Positions 8,361 through 17,654 of a DNA stretch of 41,456 bases are shown one piece after another. The notes beneath the pieces are model-generated. The model ran no database searches, had not been told where the DNA came from, and was given only the letters and a program-made list of their open reading frames with translations. A program made the position numbers and the translations under genes. Each line of letters begins with the position of its first letter. Position 1 is the first letter of the stretch. Origin of the DNA: a candidate division Zixibacteria bacterium CG_4_9_14_3_um_filter_46_8 (GTDB taxonomy: Bacteria > Zixibacteria > MSB-5A5 > UM-FILTER-46-8); NCBI GenBank assembly GCA_002791595.1, contig PFXJ01000128.1, positions 26,365 to 67,820 on the forward strand, in the 5' to 3' direction.

Positions 8361-11300
8361 ATGACTAAGCGGTCGCTTGATTTGATCCTTCATAAATATT
8401 TCCAATTTGGGTTTCATCTCTCCCGTAGTACCTGGGATTGGCTTGAAATTAGCACATTGATAAGCTCGCCAGATAAGGCTGGTGCATCCTCTGAAGCTTA
8501 TTCTATCCGGCAATTGGCTGACCGGTTTAATGAGAGGTGTTCCGGCAATTCGCGCTGGATGGAACATATTAAGGCCGGACAGTTTATTTCGGTGGGCGTG
8601 ATCATTGATGTCCTCCGCTATCTAATCATTTTATATAGCCGCGATGAGAATCCCGGAGTCATTCCGAGAGGACTGGATTGGGTTATCTCACAGCGAGGCC
8701 AGACGATTGCTAAACAACCACCGATCTCGTTTGTTAATCTCTTTCCCCCCCTGCCAGTTATGAGGGGTGAATTGACTGAGAAGGAATTTCTGCAAAATTT
8801 TTCGGGAACACCCGATAATCAGGAAACCGTCGTTGATGAGATTATCTTGCTTTATATCTCGATGCTGAACCCGGCCTTCAAACCATTCCAGATTCTTTTT
8901 GATGACAATGACCTGAAAAGACAATCGCCTTACATACCTCTCGTTATCAATCTTGAAAGCTTTTTCAGCGGGCAACCCGCTTTCAGACCATTAGGAATGA
9001 CTTTATTCCAATGCCTGCGAGCACCCATTCTGGCATCTCCGGATTCCCTCGAAGGACAGTTGAATTACATAAAAAAACACTGGAGCAAATTCCTTCCCGA
9101 CGACTTACTTGACCGGCTATTATTGGCGGCGGACATAATCAAAGAGGAACAGCGGCAACGCGGTTTAGGCCCCGGACCGAATTTGGCCCTGCAATTTGCC
9201 ACGCATTCTCTTCCCGATGATTACAATTATTCCGAATCTGCCCGCTTCAGCCGAGATGCAGACTGGATGTCAAATGTAGTTCTGATTGCAAAATCAGTTT
9301 ATGTCTGGCTGGATCAGTTATCAAAAAAATACCGGCGCCATATCAAATTCTTAAGCGAGATACCGGACGAGGAACTCGACTTGCTGGCACGATGGGGTTT
9401 CACCGGCTTATGGCTGATCGGCATTTGGGAGCGCTCCCCAGCATCACAAAAGATTAAGCAGATTATGGGGAATCCTGAGGCGGCGCCTTCCGCTTATTCT
9501 CTCTATGATTATGTTATCGCCGAAGACCTTGGCGGCGAGACCGGATTTCAAAATCTTCGAGAAAGGGCATGGCATCGAGGCATCAGGCTGGCCAGCGATA
9601 TGGTTCCTAACCACATGGGCATTTATTCCAAATGGGTTATTGAACATCCAAATTGGTTTATCCAGTTGAATTATCCTCCATATCCAAGCTACCAATTCAA
9701 CGGGGTTGACCTCTCGTGGGACTCGCGCATCACTCTTCAAATCGAAGATGGTTACTGGGACAGACGTGATGCGGCAGTGGTCTTCAAGCGCATCGACAAA
9801 TGGACAGGCGACGTGAGATATATATATCATGGAAATGATGGCACGAGTATGCCTTGGAATGATACCGCCCAGCTTAATTTCACCATGCCGGAGGTTCGAG
9901 AGGCAGTGATTCAAACCATCCTCCATGTGGCGCGCCAGACGCCGATAATCCGATTCGATGCCGCTATGACTCTGGCAAAAAAGCATTATCAGCGTTTATG
10001 GTTCCCTCCGCATGGGCATGGAGGGGCGATTCCTTCGCGTGCCGAACACGGCTTGAGCCGCACTGATTTTGATGCGATTTTCCCCGTTGAATTCTGGCGG
10101 GAGGTTGTTGATCGTGTCGCCGCGGAAGCGCCGGACACCTTACTTTTGGCGGAAGCCTTCTGGTTGATGGAAGGTTATTTCGTCCGGACCCTGGGGATGC
10201 ATAGGGTCTATAATAGCGCTTTTATGAATATGCTTAAAATGGAGGACAATGGCAAATATCGCACAACCGTAAGGAATGTCCTTGAATTCAGCCCGGAGGT
10301 CCTCAAAAGATTTGTTAATTTTATGAACAATCCTGATGAATTGACTGCCCTTGAGCAATTTGGCAAGGGCGACAAGTATTTCGGGGCTGCTATAATGATG
10401 GTGACGATGCCCGGATTGCCTATGTTTGGTCACGGGCAGATCGAAGGCTTTGCGGAGAAATATGGGATGGAATACCGCAAAGCATATTGGGATGAGCCGG
10501 TGGATCAGGATTTGGTGCGGCGCCATGAATCGGAAATTTTCCCGCTGATGCGACGACGCCGTCTATTCAGCGGCGCCCAAAATTTCGCCTTTTATGATTT
10601 TATCACCCCGGAAGGCTGGGTGGATGAGAATGTCTTTGCCTACTCCAACCGTGCCGATGACGAACGCGCCATCATTATCTACAACAACGCTTACAACACT
10701 ACTCGCGGACGGATTCATACTTCCACTCCGATCAATATCGGAAGCGATGCCAATGACTTTCTGGTTCGTAGAACCCTTGCCGATGCTTTAGGACTTAACA
10801 CCGAAGAGCGTTATTTCTACACATTTCGGGATTACAGGACCCGCCTTGAGTACGTCAGAGCCGGCAAACAAATCGCTGATGAAGGCCTCTATGCCGTGAT
10901 GAATGCTTATCAATATCATGCCTTCCTCGACTTCAGAGAGATTTTCGACTCGGATGGATCCTGGGGAAAATTATCCGGGATGCTGAATGGCCGCGGGGTC
11001 GAAAACCTCGAGGAAACCTATCAAAAGATGCAACTTGACCCCATTCTCATTCCATTCCGCGAAGTGTTGAATGCCGATTTGCTCCGTTCCTTGACAGCAA
11101 ATAAACAGGAGGCACAAGCAAGCTTCAATGAAAAGACACTGCGCTTTTTTGTCGCAGTCAGAGGATTTGCAGGAAAAGGTGCAGATCCTGAGATGGCTCT
11201 TAGGAATATTATCGATGAAATGGATGCTCTTCCGATTGAAATTAAGACCAATAAATATCATGCTAATGAGAGGCTGACTGCCGAATTCCTTTCACAGATC

Positions 11301-11846
11301 AGCCGGGGACAATATTCATCTCTGATTCCCGTAGCATACTCCTGGATTATTGTTCACCAATTGGGTCAATTTCTGTCAACGGTGGATACTGCCAGCCCTG
11401 AAGTCCTATGTGGTTTTCATCTCGAAAATTGGATGTTAAGAAAAACTATCTCCGAATTTCTCGCGGGCTATTATGGCGATAATGGTTTAGCACATTTCGA
11501 TGCACTTCTTGTCTCAATTTTGGCTTCGCATCGCAATTTACTCCTGCCTTCTCCCGATTCAACTCTGTCTAAAGACTTCAAGGCACTTTCCGAGAACTCC
11601 TACGCTATAGAATTTCTCCAAATAAACCGACACCAAGAAACTCTGTGGCTGAATAGGGAACAGCTTGAGAAGCTAATCAATGCTCTTCTTCTTGTCACTT
11701 ATATACAACTCCGAGTACGGGGAAATCTCAATGATGCCGCTTTGAAAGCTCCGGTGCAGGCGGCCCGGAAGATAATCGCCGCCGCCAAAGATGCTTCATA
11801 CCAAGTCGGGAGAACTATCGAGTTGCTGTCGCTATCAAGGAAATGA
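8361..11846 (+). CDS. Large GH13 alpha-amylase-family glycoside hydrolase
   Basis: SDMVPNH, WNDTAQLN, IRFDAAM (nucleophile Asp), LAEAF (acid/base Glu), FMNNPDE. Long N- and C-terminal extensions; no signal peptide. Confidence 0.85.
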   Translation: MTKRSLDLILHKYFQFGFHLSRSTWDWLEISTLISSPDKAGASSEAYSIRQLADRFNERCSGNSRWMEHIKAGQFISVGVIIDVLRYLIILYSRDENPGVIPRGLDWVISQRGQTIAKQPPISFVNLFPPLPVMRGELTEKEFLQNFSGTPDNQETVVDEIILLYISMLNPAFKPFQILFDDNDLKRQSPYIPLVINLESFFSGQPAFRPLGMTLFQCLRAPILASPDSLEGQLNYIKKHWSKFLPDDLLDRLLLAADIIKEEQRQRGLGPGPNLALQFATHSLPDDYNYSESARFSRDADWMSNVVLIAKSVYVWLDQLSKKYRRHIKFLSEIPDEELDLLARWGFTGLWLIGIWERSPASQKIKQIMGNPEAAPSAYSLYDYVIAEDLGGETGFQNLRERAWHRGIRLASDMVPNHMGIYSKWVIEHPNWFIQLNYPPYPSYQFNGVDLSWDSRITLQIEDGYWDRRDAAVVFKRIDKWTGDVRYIYHGNDGTSMPWNDTAQLNFTMPEVREAVIQTILHVARQTPIIRFDAAMTLAKKHYQRLWFPPHGHGGAIPSRAEHGLSRTDFDAIFPVEFWREVVDRVAAEAPDTLLLAEAFWLMEGYFVRTLGMHRVYNSAFMNMLKMEDNGKYRTTVRNVLEFSPEVLKRFVNFMNNPDELTALEQFGKGDKYFGAAIMMVTMPGLPMFGHGQIEGFAEKYGMEYRKAYWDEPVDQDLVRRHESEIFPLMRRRRLFSGAQNFAFYDFITPEGWVDENVFAYSNRADDERAIIIYNNAYNTTRGRIHTSTPINIGSDANDFLVRRTLADALGLNTEERYFYTFRDYRTRLEYVRAGKQIADEGLYAVMNAYQYHAFLDFREIFDSDGSWGKLSGMLNGRGVENLEETYQKMQLDPILIPFREVLNADLLRSLTANKQEAQASFNEKTLRFFVAVRGFAGKGADPEMALRNIIDEMDALPIEIKTNKYHANERLTAEFLSQISRGQYSSLIPVAYSWIIVHQLGQFLSTVDTASPEVLCGFHLENWMLRKTISEFLAGYYGDNGLAHFDALLVSILASHRNLLLPSPDSTLSKDFKALSENSYAIEFLQINRHQETLWLNREQLEKLINALLLVTYIQLRVRGNLNDAALKAPVQAARKIIAAAKDASYQVGRTIELLSLSRK

Positions 11847-11884
11847 CTGTTGCATTTTCACTGCAATTCAACGTATCCGATAAT

Positions 11885-13663
11885 TTACTTAAGTATTATC
11901 ATTCGATGGCAGGCGATGCTTCTTTTGGTTTCCATGCGAAGGAAATAAAATCCCGAGGAAACCTCATTCCCTCCATCATCGGCGCCATTCCATATAATCT
12001 GATGTCTGCCTGATTCCAATCTACCCTCGAAGAGATTAGCAATCCTTGCGCCAAGGATGTTATAAATTGAGACGCCTATCCAGCAATCCCTTTCAAGCTG
12101 GAAATTTATGGACGTGAAGGCATTAAACGGGTTAGGAGAGTTGTTAAGAATTGCAATATCTTCCGGATAGTTACCTCTATCTCCCATGTCCTCTGATACC
12201 TCAGAGGTGGTGAGCAAATAATCTAAGGCGGCGGGAATATCGATTATCCCATATCCATAGTCATAATCGGGCCCGGTCAAGCCTAAATCTTGTGAGGAAG
12301 CCATCAAGGCAGTTTTTATCTCGTCAACAGTTGCTTTCGGCTTCGCCTGACGCAATATGGCAACCGCCCCGGCCACGTGCGGTGCCGCCATGGAAGTGCC
12401 GCTCATATAGACATATTCTCCATCTTTGAATGATGACCTAACGCCAACCCCGGGAGCAACCACCTGCGGCTTCAATGAAACGCCATCGCATCCTGATGGT
12501 CCCCTGCTGGAAAAATTTGCAATACAGAAGCTCTCATCACTTCCATCAATCGCTCCCACGGCAAAACTATTGGTTGGAGAATTTGCCCGATCCGCAGGAC
12601 TTCTCAACGATTGAGAAGATGGCCCCTCATTCCCTGCGGCAAATATACATACTATGCCCAGCGCCTCGCAATTGTCAATCACCTCCCAGAATGATCCATC
12701 ACATTCCGGACGGTAGCCGCGAGGAATTCCCCAAGAATTGTTGATGACATCGGGAAGGTCGCTGACCGTTTCCGGATTATCGTCAGGGTCAGCCGCCCAT
12801 TGGAACGACGATATTATATCGGACATAGTCCTGTCGATTAATCCACCGCGATCGATTGCTGCCGCCGCAATCCACTGAGCGCCCGGAGCCACTCCGACGG
12901 TATCAGAGTCGTCCGATCCCAGCATAATGCCCATAGTATGAGTACCATGCCCGGCGATGTCAGTCGGAGATGCGGTATGCGTATAAGGGTCGTACCAGCA
13001 TTGCTCCAGAGGATAGCCTTGATTCCCCCTGAATTTTGATGATAGTGCCGGATGAAAGCCATCCACGCCAGTATCAATATTGCACACAATTCTGCCAGTG
13101 CCATCAAATCCCATCGCCCAGGCATCCCTTGCACCAATTGCTTCCAGCCCCGGCTCTAAGCCATCCTCGTCGGCAGGTGCCGCTTGAATCATCTCCGGCT
13201 CTATCAGTTGGATCGGGGAATCCAAAATGACTGACTTGACCGCAGGTTGCAAGCTCAAGGCGATAATTGCATCTTTTCGAGCTTCTGCCGAAGCCATTCC
13301 CGCAATCCAAAATACCTTGTAATTGCGGAGCAAGCCCTGACCTTGCAAATGGCGAATAGTGGAGTTTATTTTTAAGTCATTGTTTATTGCCTCTTGCTGT
13401 AATTTGGATATCAGAAATCGATGTTCTTCTGTAGGTTGCATTCTCCCTAAATATGTTAATTTGGACTTCCTCAAATCTGTCTCATGGTTATTGAACTGGA
13501 GTATGACCTTTATGAAGTCATCCTCACTAACATTAGCCAATCTTTCTGTCAAGGCGGATGGGATGACAGCGCTCGATTGCCCATTGCTTGCCGCCAACAT
13601 AGCAACCAGAATGAGAACGACACGGAGGCACGAATCCTGCGATATTTTTAATATTCGATGCAT
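11885..13663 (-). CDS. Secreted S8 subtilase (bacillopeptidase F-like) with propeptide and T9SS type-A-like CTD
   Basis: Triad motifs IDTGV, HGTHTMG and SGTSMAAP; AAGNEG; C-terminal NSPNPFN...SSGFYF...RMIILK. Confidence 0.92.
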   Translation of the reverse strand: MHRILKISQDSCLRVVLILVAMLAASNGQSSAVIPSALTERLANVSEDDFIKVILQFNNHETDLRKSKLTYLGRMQPTEEHRFLISKLQQEAINNDLKINSTIRHLQGQGLLRNYKVFWIAGMASAEARKDAIIALSLQPAVKSVILDSPIQLIEPEMIQAAPADEDGLEPGLEAIGARDAWAMGFDGTGRIVCNIDTGVDGFHPALSSKFRGNQGYPLEQCWYDPYTHTASPTDIAGHGTHTMGIMLGSDDSDTVGVAPGAQWIAAAAIDRGGLIDRTMSDIISSFQWAADPDDNPETVSDLPDVINNSWGIPRGYRPECDGSFWEVIDNCEALGIVCIFAAGNEGPSSQSLRSPADRANSPTNSFAVGAIDGSDESFCIANFSSRGPSGCDGVSLKPQVVAPGVGVRSSFKDGEYVYMSGTSMAAPHVAGAVAILRQAKPKATVDEIKTALMASSQDLGLTGPDYDYGYGIIDIPAALDYLLTTSEVSEDMGDRGNYPEDIAILNNSPNPFNAFTSINFQLERDCWIGVSIYNILGARIANLFEGRLESGRHQIIWNGADDGGNEVSSGFYFLRMETKRSIACHRMIILK

Positions 13664-13675
13664 ATTTAGATATAA

Positions 13676-13691
13676 AGCAAGGGCAATGCCA
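13676..13691 (-). promoter_or_regulatory. Putative sigma54 (-24/-12) promoter of the S8 protease
   Basis: Minus strand reads TGGCATTGCCCTTGCT, which is GG-N10-GC and close to the TGGCAC-N5-TTGCW consensus. Confidence 0.65.
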
Positions 13692-13851
13692 TATCACTCC
13701 GAATAATACTAACCGTATCATATTAATACATCATTAGTTACTGCAACCGGCAATTCCAATTCACCCCGATTTCCGACTATTAGGCAGTCGCTTGCACAAC
13801 TAACTTCTTTCTTTGCATATCAATAGTTATATGTTTGAAATCTATAGTTCC

Positions 13852-14136
13852 GTCAGGTTTTGTCTCCATATCAAATAGGGAGATGTTACCTGACCATTTA
13901 GTGAATGATGCCGTCAGGTCAGCCTCGGACCCATATTGAATGGTCAAGCCCAATTAGACATGATCTACGAAAACTTCCGGGTTGGTTTGGCAGGTCGTTC
14001 TCCCGATTTTATCGGGACGTCCGGATTGTCCCGCATGTCGACCCGCAGACAGGAATGTCTGCGCTACCAATAGTGGGGATATCCCGCTCTTGACGGGATG
14101 CACCCAATCTGGGAAGACACGCAGCTCCGCCCCTAC
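13852..14136. repeat. Cluster of REP-like palindromes
   Basis: Minus-strand GTAG-CGCAGACA-TTCC-TGTCTGCG (14044-14067) and GTAG-GGGCGGAGCTGCGTGTCTTCCC (14111-14136). Also TCCCGAT-ttt-ATCGGGA (14001-14017), ATCCCG-N7-CGGGAT (14081-14099) and GTCAGGT...ACCTGAC (13852-13894). Confidence 0.7.
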
Positions 14137-14141
14137 GATTT

Positions 14142-16415
14142 CTATTTCAGCAATGTCATTCGCTTCGTGAAAACTCTACCTCCCGATTCCAGTCGATAGA
14201 AATAAATCCCGCTTGAATATCGCGGAGCATTCCAACTCACCTGATGCTTGCCCGCAGGAATATTTCCATCCACTAATGTAGCTACTTTTTCTCCTCTGAG
14301 ATTAAATACCTGTAATCTCACATTTGTCCGAATTGGGAGTTCGTATTTAATAATCGTTGTGGCATTGAAAGGATTGGGATAATTGGCGCGAAGAGCAAAT
14401 GCTCGTGGGATTTCGCTATCTGAATCATCAATACCGGTCAGCCTTACATTGGCAACCTCCAAATTCGAGTAAGAGCCCCATTGATTCTGGGCGTCTTTGG
14501 CGCGCACTTGATAATAATAATCACCGGTGCTTCGGCCATCTATCAAATAGGATGTTTGTGTGATATCGGATGCCAGGGAGATACTGTTTTCGAAGGCATC
14601 GACTGGGTAGAGCTGGTCGATATACATGCCGGCTTCCAGCGACCAGTTATCGGTTGCGTATAAGAATCTCAAAATGATGTCTTCCCCCACGAAATCGGCG
14701 AGGGGAAATTTAGCCACGACCCAGGCATTATTGGAACTGCCGGTTATGCCATTCCCCATATTACCGCCATTGGGATTATCATTGGTCGTGATATTTCCCT
14801 CCAGGTTGGTGAAAGCGATGCCGCCATCGGTGCTGGCTTGGACATAAGCATAATCGTAATCCGATTCAATATTGTACCAGGTATAGAATGAAATGGTATC
14901 GCCAATAATGACATGAATGGGAGTATTGAGGATGGCGGTGTAATGGGCGCTGTTTTCATATCCCGAATATAAACTATAGGAACCTTCATATTTGCGCTGG
15001 GTGGACCGGGACCAGCCATTCAAAGTCCAGTCGGCTTGGCTGGATTCAAATCCTTCAACAACCCGTTGATAACCAGTCTTTTCCACGATTTCATAAGCGG
15101 TGGCGGGGTTATCCGGATCGCTGTGACTCCAGGAAATAGTAAAGCTATCGGTAAGGATTTCACCGATTGGATTGAGGGTGGGCGGATTTGGCGGCATAAT
15201 TTGATAGGGATTATCTGAAATCTCCGCCAATATGAGAGCCAAATCCAGATTTTCCTGGTTTATTTCCTGAATGCGGCTGAGTTGAGGCCAAAAACCATCA
15301 TCTCCCCAGCCAACTTCAATGACGAAAGCAAAGATTTTGGGCTTATAAGTCCGATCGCCATATTGCCAATCGGTAGATTCACCGTTAGTTAAATACAGCA
15401 GTTCCGGGCCGCTTCCATAAGCATACCCATTCACCGATGTCATAGTATCTCCCATAGCCCGAAACAGAGGAAGATCCTCCGCAACTATCGACATATCATA
15501 CCCATAAGGATATAGGCAATCACCGGAGTAAGAATGAAAATTCAAGGCAGTGATAAAATGGCGGCTATTGATGAAATCTCTTAATGTTTGGGTTTCCGGC
15601 TCGGAAAACGCCTCGGTCCCCCGATATGTTTCATCATCTGGGTCTGGCGATGAGCCAATATCGTCATAGCCCCACATATAACCCCAATTCCGATTCAAAT
15701 CCACGCCGTATGAACCGCCTCCATTATTCCTCCTATTCTTGCGCCACATACCGCCGCCGTTGGGATCATTGATTCGATTATATTCATAGCCATCAGGGTT
15801 AATGAGCGGTATGAAATAGAATTCACGATTATCAATCAGGTCCGTTGCCAGCGGATCAGAGCCATAATTGTCGCACAAATATCTGATGAAATAGAGATTA
15901 AACAGCAACCCACCGGGTTCGCGTGCATGTATCAAGCCATTGACCATGATTTCGGGCTCATCTTCATCATCCCAGACATTGTCGGAGAGTTTGACCATAT
16001 ATATAGGGCGTCCCTCAATTGATGCCCCAATTGAATCGCGCATGCTGACTATGTTGGGGAAGAGGGAATTATATAAATCCAGCGAATCGTAGGCCTCATC
16101 CATCGTGGGATAGCCGCCCATCGAAAGCGCTTCGCCGTACCTGCTTTGGTAAAAAGCCGTCAAATCCTCATGGATGACAGAGTACTTCAAGCCTGCGAGA
16201 TCCAGCTTCTTCAAGTCCGAGTCATTGGCGACAATGTCGATATATTTCATCTCTGGATTCGCATAGGCCACATCGAGATTAAGCTCAATGACCTTGCCAA
16301 TATCGGCTTTTTGAGAAAGCTCAATCCTAATCTGCATTACTGCGCCAACCTGTGGAGTAGAAAGGATTGCCCCATTTAACATCATAACGAATGTTATCAG
16401 AATAGCTCTTTTCAT
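14142..16415 (-). CDS. Secreted M14 zinc carboxypeptidase (carboxypeptidase T-like) with FN3/jelly-roll domains and T9SS type-A-like CTD
   Basis: IHAREP, NPDG, WRKNR, GVDLNRN, FSEPET, FHSY, IEVG; C-terminal NYPNPFN...SSGIYFY...KRMTLLK. ATG 16415 follows AGAGG. Confidence 0.92.
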   Translation of the reverse strand: MKRAILITFVMMLNGAILSTPQVGAVMQIRIELSQKADIGKVIELNLDVAYANPEMKYIDIVANDSDLKKLDLAGLKYSVIHEDLTAFYQSRYGEALSMGGYPTMDEAYDSLDLYNSLFPNIVSMRDSIGASIEGRPIYMVKLSDNVWDDEDEPEIMVNGLIHAREPGGLLFNLYFIRYLCDNYGSDPLATDLIDNREFYFIPLINPDGYEYNRINDPNGGGMWRKNRRNNGGGSYGVDLNRNWGYMWGYDDIGSSPDPDDETYRGTEAFSEPETQTLRDFINSRHFITALNFHSYSGDCLYPYGYDMSIVAEDLPLFRAMGDTMTSVNGYAYGSGPELLYLTNGESTDWQYGDRTYKPKIFAFVIEVGWGDDGFWPQLSRIQEINQENLDLALILAEISDNPYQIMPPNPPTLNPIGEILTDSFTISWSHSDPDNPATAYEIVEKTGYQRVVEGFESSQADWTLNGWSRSTQRKYEGSYSLYSGYENSAHYTAILNTPIHVIIGDTISFYTWYNIESDYDYAYVQASTDGGIAFTNLEGNITTNDNPNGGNMGNGITGSSNNAWVVAKFPLADFVGEDIILRFLYATDNWSLEAGMYIDQLYPVDAFENSISLASDITQTSYLIDGRSTGDYYYQVRAKDAQNQWGSYSNLEVANVRLTGIDDSDSEIPRAFALRANYPNPFNATTIIKYELPIRTNVRLQVFNLRGEKVATLVDGNIPAGKHQVSWNAPRYSSGIYFYRLESGGRVFTKRMTLLK

Positions 16416-16454
16416 AGTGAACCTCTTTATTATCGTGATAGCTACCAAAGAGCA

Positions 16455-16482
16455 AATATAAATATAAATTTGATGTTGTCAA
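16455..16482 (-). promoter_or_regulatory. Putative sigma70 promoter of the M14 gene
   Basis: Minus strand TTGACA-N16-TATATT, about 40 nt upstream of ATG 16415. Confidence 0.6.
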
Positions 16483-16506
16483 ACATTATAAGGATTGGCT
16501 GGTAAT

Positions 16507-16533
16507 AAAAAAAGCGGGGCAGGTATGCCCCGT
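16507..16533 (-). terminator. Rho-independent terminator of the RNase H-fold gene
   Basis: Minus-strand stem CGGGGCA-TACC-TGCCCCG followed by C and T7, about 30 nt after the stop at 16564. Confidence 0.85.
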
Positions 16534-16563
16534 TGCATTAGCGGATCTTTCTATAATCCTCCA

Positions 16564-16947
16564 TCAGTTGACTGTAATGTTGCCCAGCGCAGGATTATCT
16601 CCTTTGGAAATCCAATTCAATGTATAAGGAATTTTCTTTTTGTAGCTCAAAGCCATATTTCGGAACGGCTCCAATTCCCTGTCAGCAGAAAGCTTCATAT
16701 TAACCTGATGCACCATGGCAAAGCTGTCCGAGAATATTTCTAAATTCTTGTTTTGAAAAAGCTGAGGATTCAGATCGACAAACTCCAGCAATGCCAATAA
16801 GCTGGTATATTCGCATTCCTCAGGTTTGCCACTGAATGCGGCTTTGAAGGCAATGCCGATATCGGGTATTGTGAAGCATACATAACCGGCGCCATTCTGG
16901 TTATCTTTCTGAATCTCCCCTGGGTTACCGTAGCAAAAGCACCGCAT
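16564..16947 (-). CDS. RNase HI-fold (RVT_3-like) small protein with degenerate active site
   Basis: GNPG...GAG, EYTSLLALLE, LEIFSDSFAMVHQVN and WISKGDN align with RNase HI motifs. ATG 16947 has AGGAG 7 nt upstream; 127 aa. Confidence 0.75.
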   Translation of the reverse strand: MRCFCYGNPGEIQKDNQNGAGYVCFTIPDIGIAFKAAFSGKPEECEYTSLLALLEFVDLNPQLFQNKNLEIFSDSFAMVHQVNMKLSADRELEPFRNMALSYKKKIPYTLNWISKGDNPALGNITVN

Positions 16948-17006
16948 ATTTTGCTCCTTTATCTTTAGTTTAGATTTATTCCGAATTTGTTCCACTCTGC
17001 TAATTG

Positions 17007-17022
17007 AGCAATGCCTGTGCCT
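17007..17022 (-). promoter_or_regulatory. Putative sigma54 promoter of the RNase H-fold gene
   Basis: Minus strand AGGCACAGGCATTGCT (GG-N10-GC, one mismatch to TGGCAC-N5-TTGCW). Confidence 0.7.
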
Positions 17023-17079
17023 TTGAATGAAAAATCCTCAGAAGAAATTGCAGAAAAATCTCCCGATTTTGTTTTGCCC

Positions 17080-17092
17080 TAATTTTTTGATT
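17080..17092 (-). promoter_or_regulatory. Putative IHF-binding site
   Basis: Minus strand AATCAAAAAATTA matches WATCAANNNNTTR, upstream of the sigma54 element. Confidence 0.4.
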
Positions 17093-17444
17093 GATAAGGG
17101 GTAATGATCCGATGATATGGGGATGTGCCAATATATATGATGAAGGGCCAATTATTCCGAGGATAACCATGATTGAGTTGATGCGCAGATTTGTGCAGGA
17201 ATATTCACACTCACCAATACCATTGGGGTAAAATGAAAATTACTTAGTCTTAGGAAATAAGTTCGGGAAATTTCGCAGAGAGCTTTTTTAAAAAACAGGG
17301 AACGCCCGCCGATCGGCCAAAGTTACTTAATGATATTACCGAAATAAATCAGCGAACAAACCATTTACTGAACCATATAATTACTAAATGCGCATATACA
17401 GGACTCTCCAGAAATCAGCCAAAAGACCGATCCGGAAATTTGAC

Positions 17445-17472
17445 TTGACAAAAATATTTTGATGTCTATATT
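17445..17472 (+). promoter_or_regulatory. Putative sigma70 promoter of the porU operon
   Basis: TTGACA(17445-17450)-N16-TATATT(17467-17472), about 180 nt upstream of ATG 17655. Confidence 0.6.
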
Positions 17473-17654
17473 TAAGCATTGCCTTAAAAGAGCAAAAAAT
17501 ATATAAAAGAGGAAACATTTATAGTCGAACAGTTAAAGGGTCTTAAGAATATTCAATAAACTACCGGAGAAGGAAGAACCGGCAAATTATGCCCTTTAAG
17601 TTTCGTCATATTTTGTTTCTTGCATTTGCCAAGCATTTGCGTAGGTGAATAACT

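Noticed and set aside
13852-14136. CRISPR array or structured ncRNA
   Set aside because: The hairpins differ in sequence, spacing is irregular and there are no cas genes; REP remnants explain it better.
13905-14170. Two 62-aa ORFs in the intergenic region
   Set aside because: They run through REP-like palindromes and lack an SD and protein-like features.
16564-16995. Retroelement remnant, and the 143-aa GTG start
   Set aside because: No reverse transcriptase or integrase is nearby. The SD and promoter position support ATG 16947.
17023-17654. Small gene or riboswitch in the long intergenic region
   Set aside because: AT-rich, no convincing ORF or recognisable RNA motif by eye; divergent promoters explain it. 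An Rfam scan would be needed to exclude an RNA.
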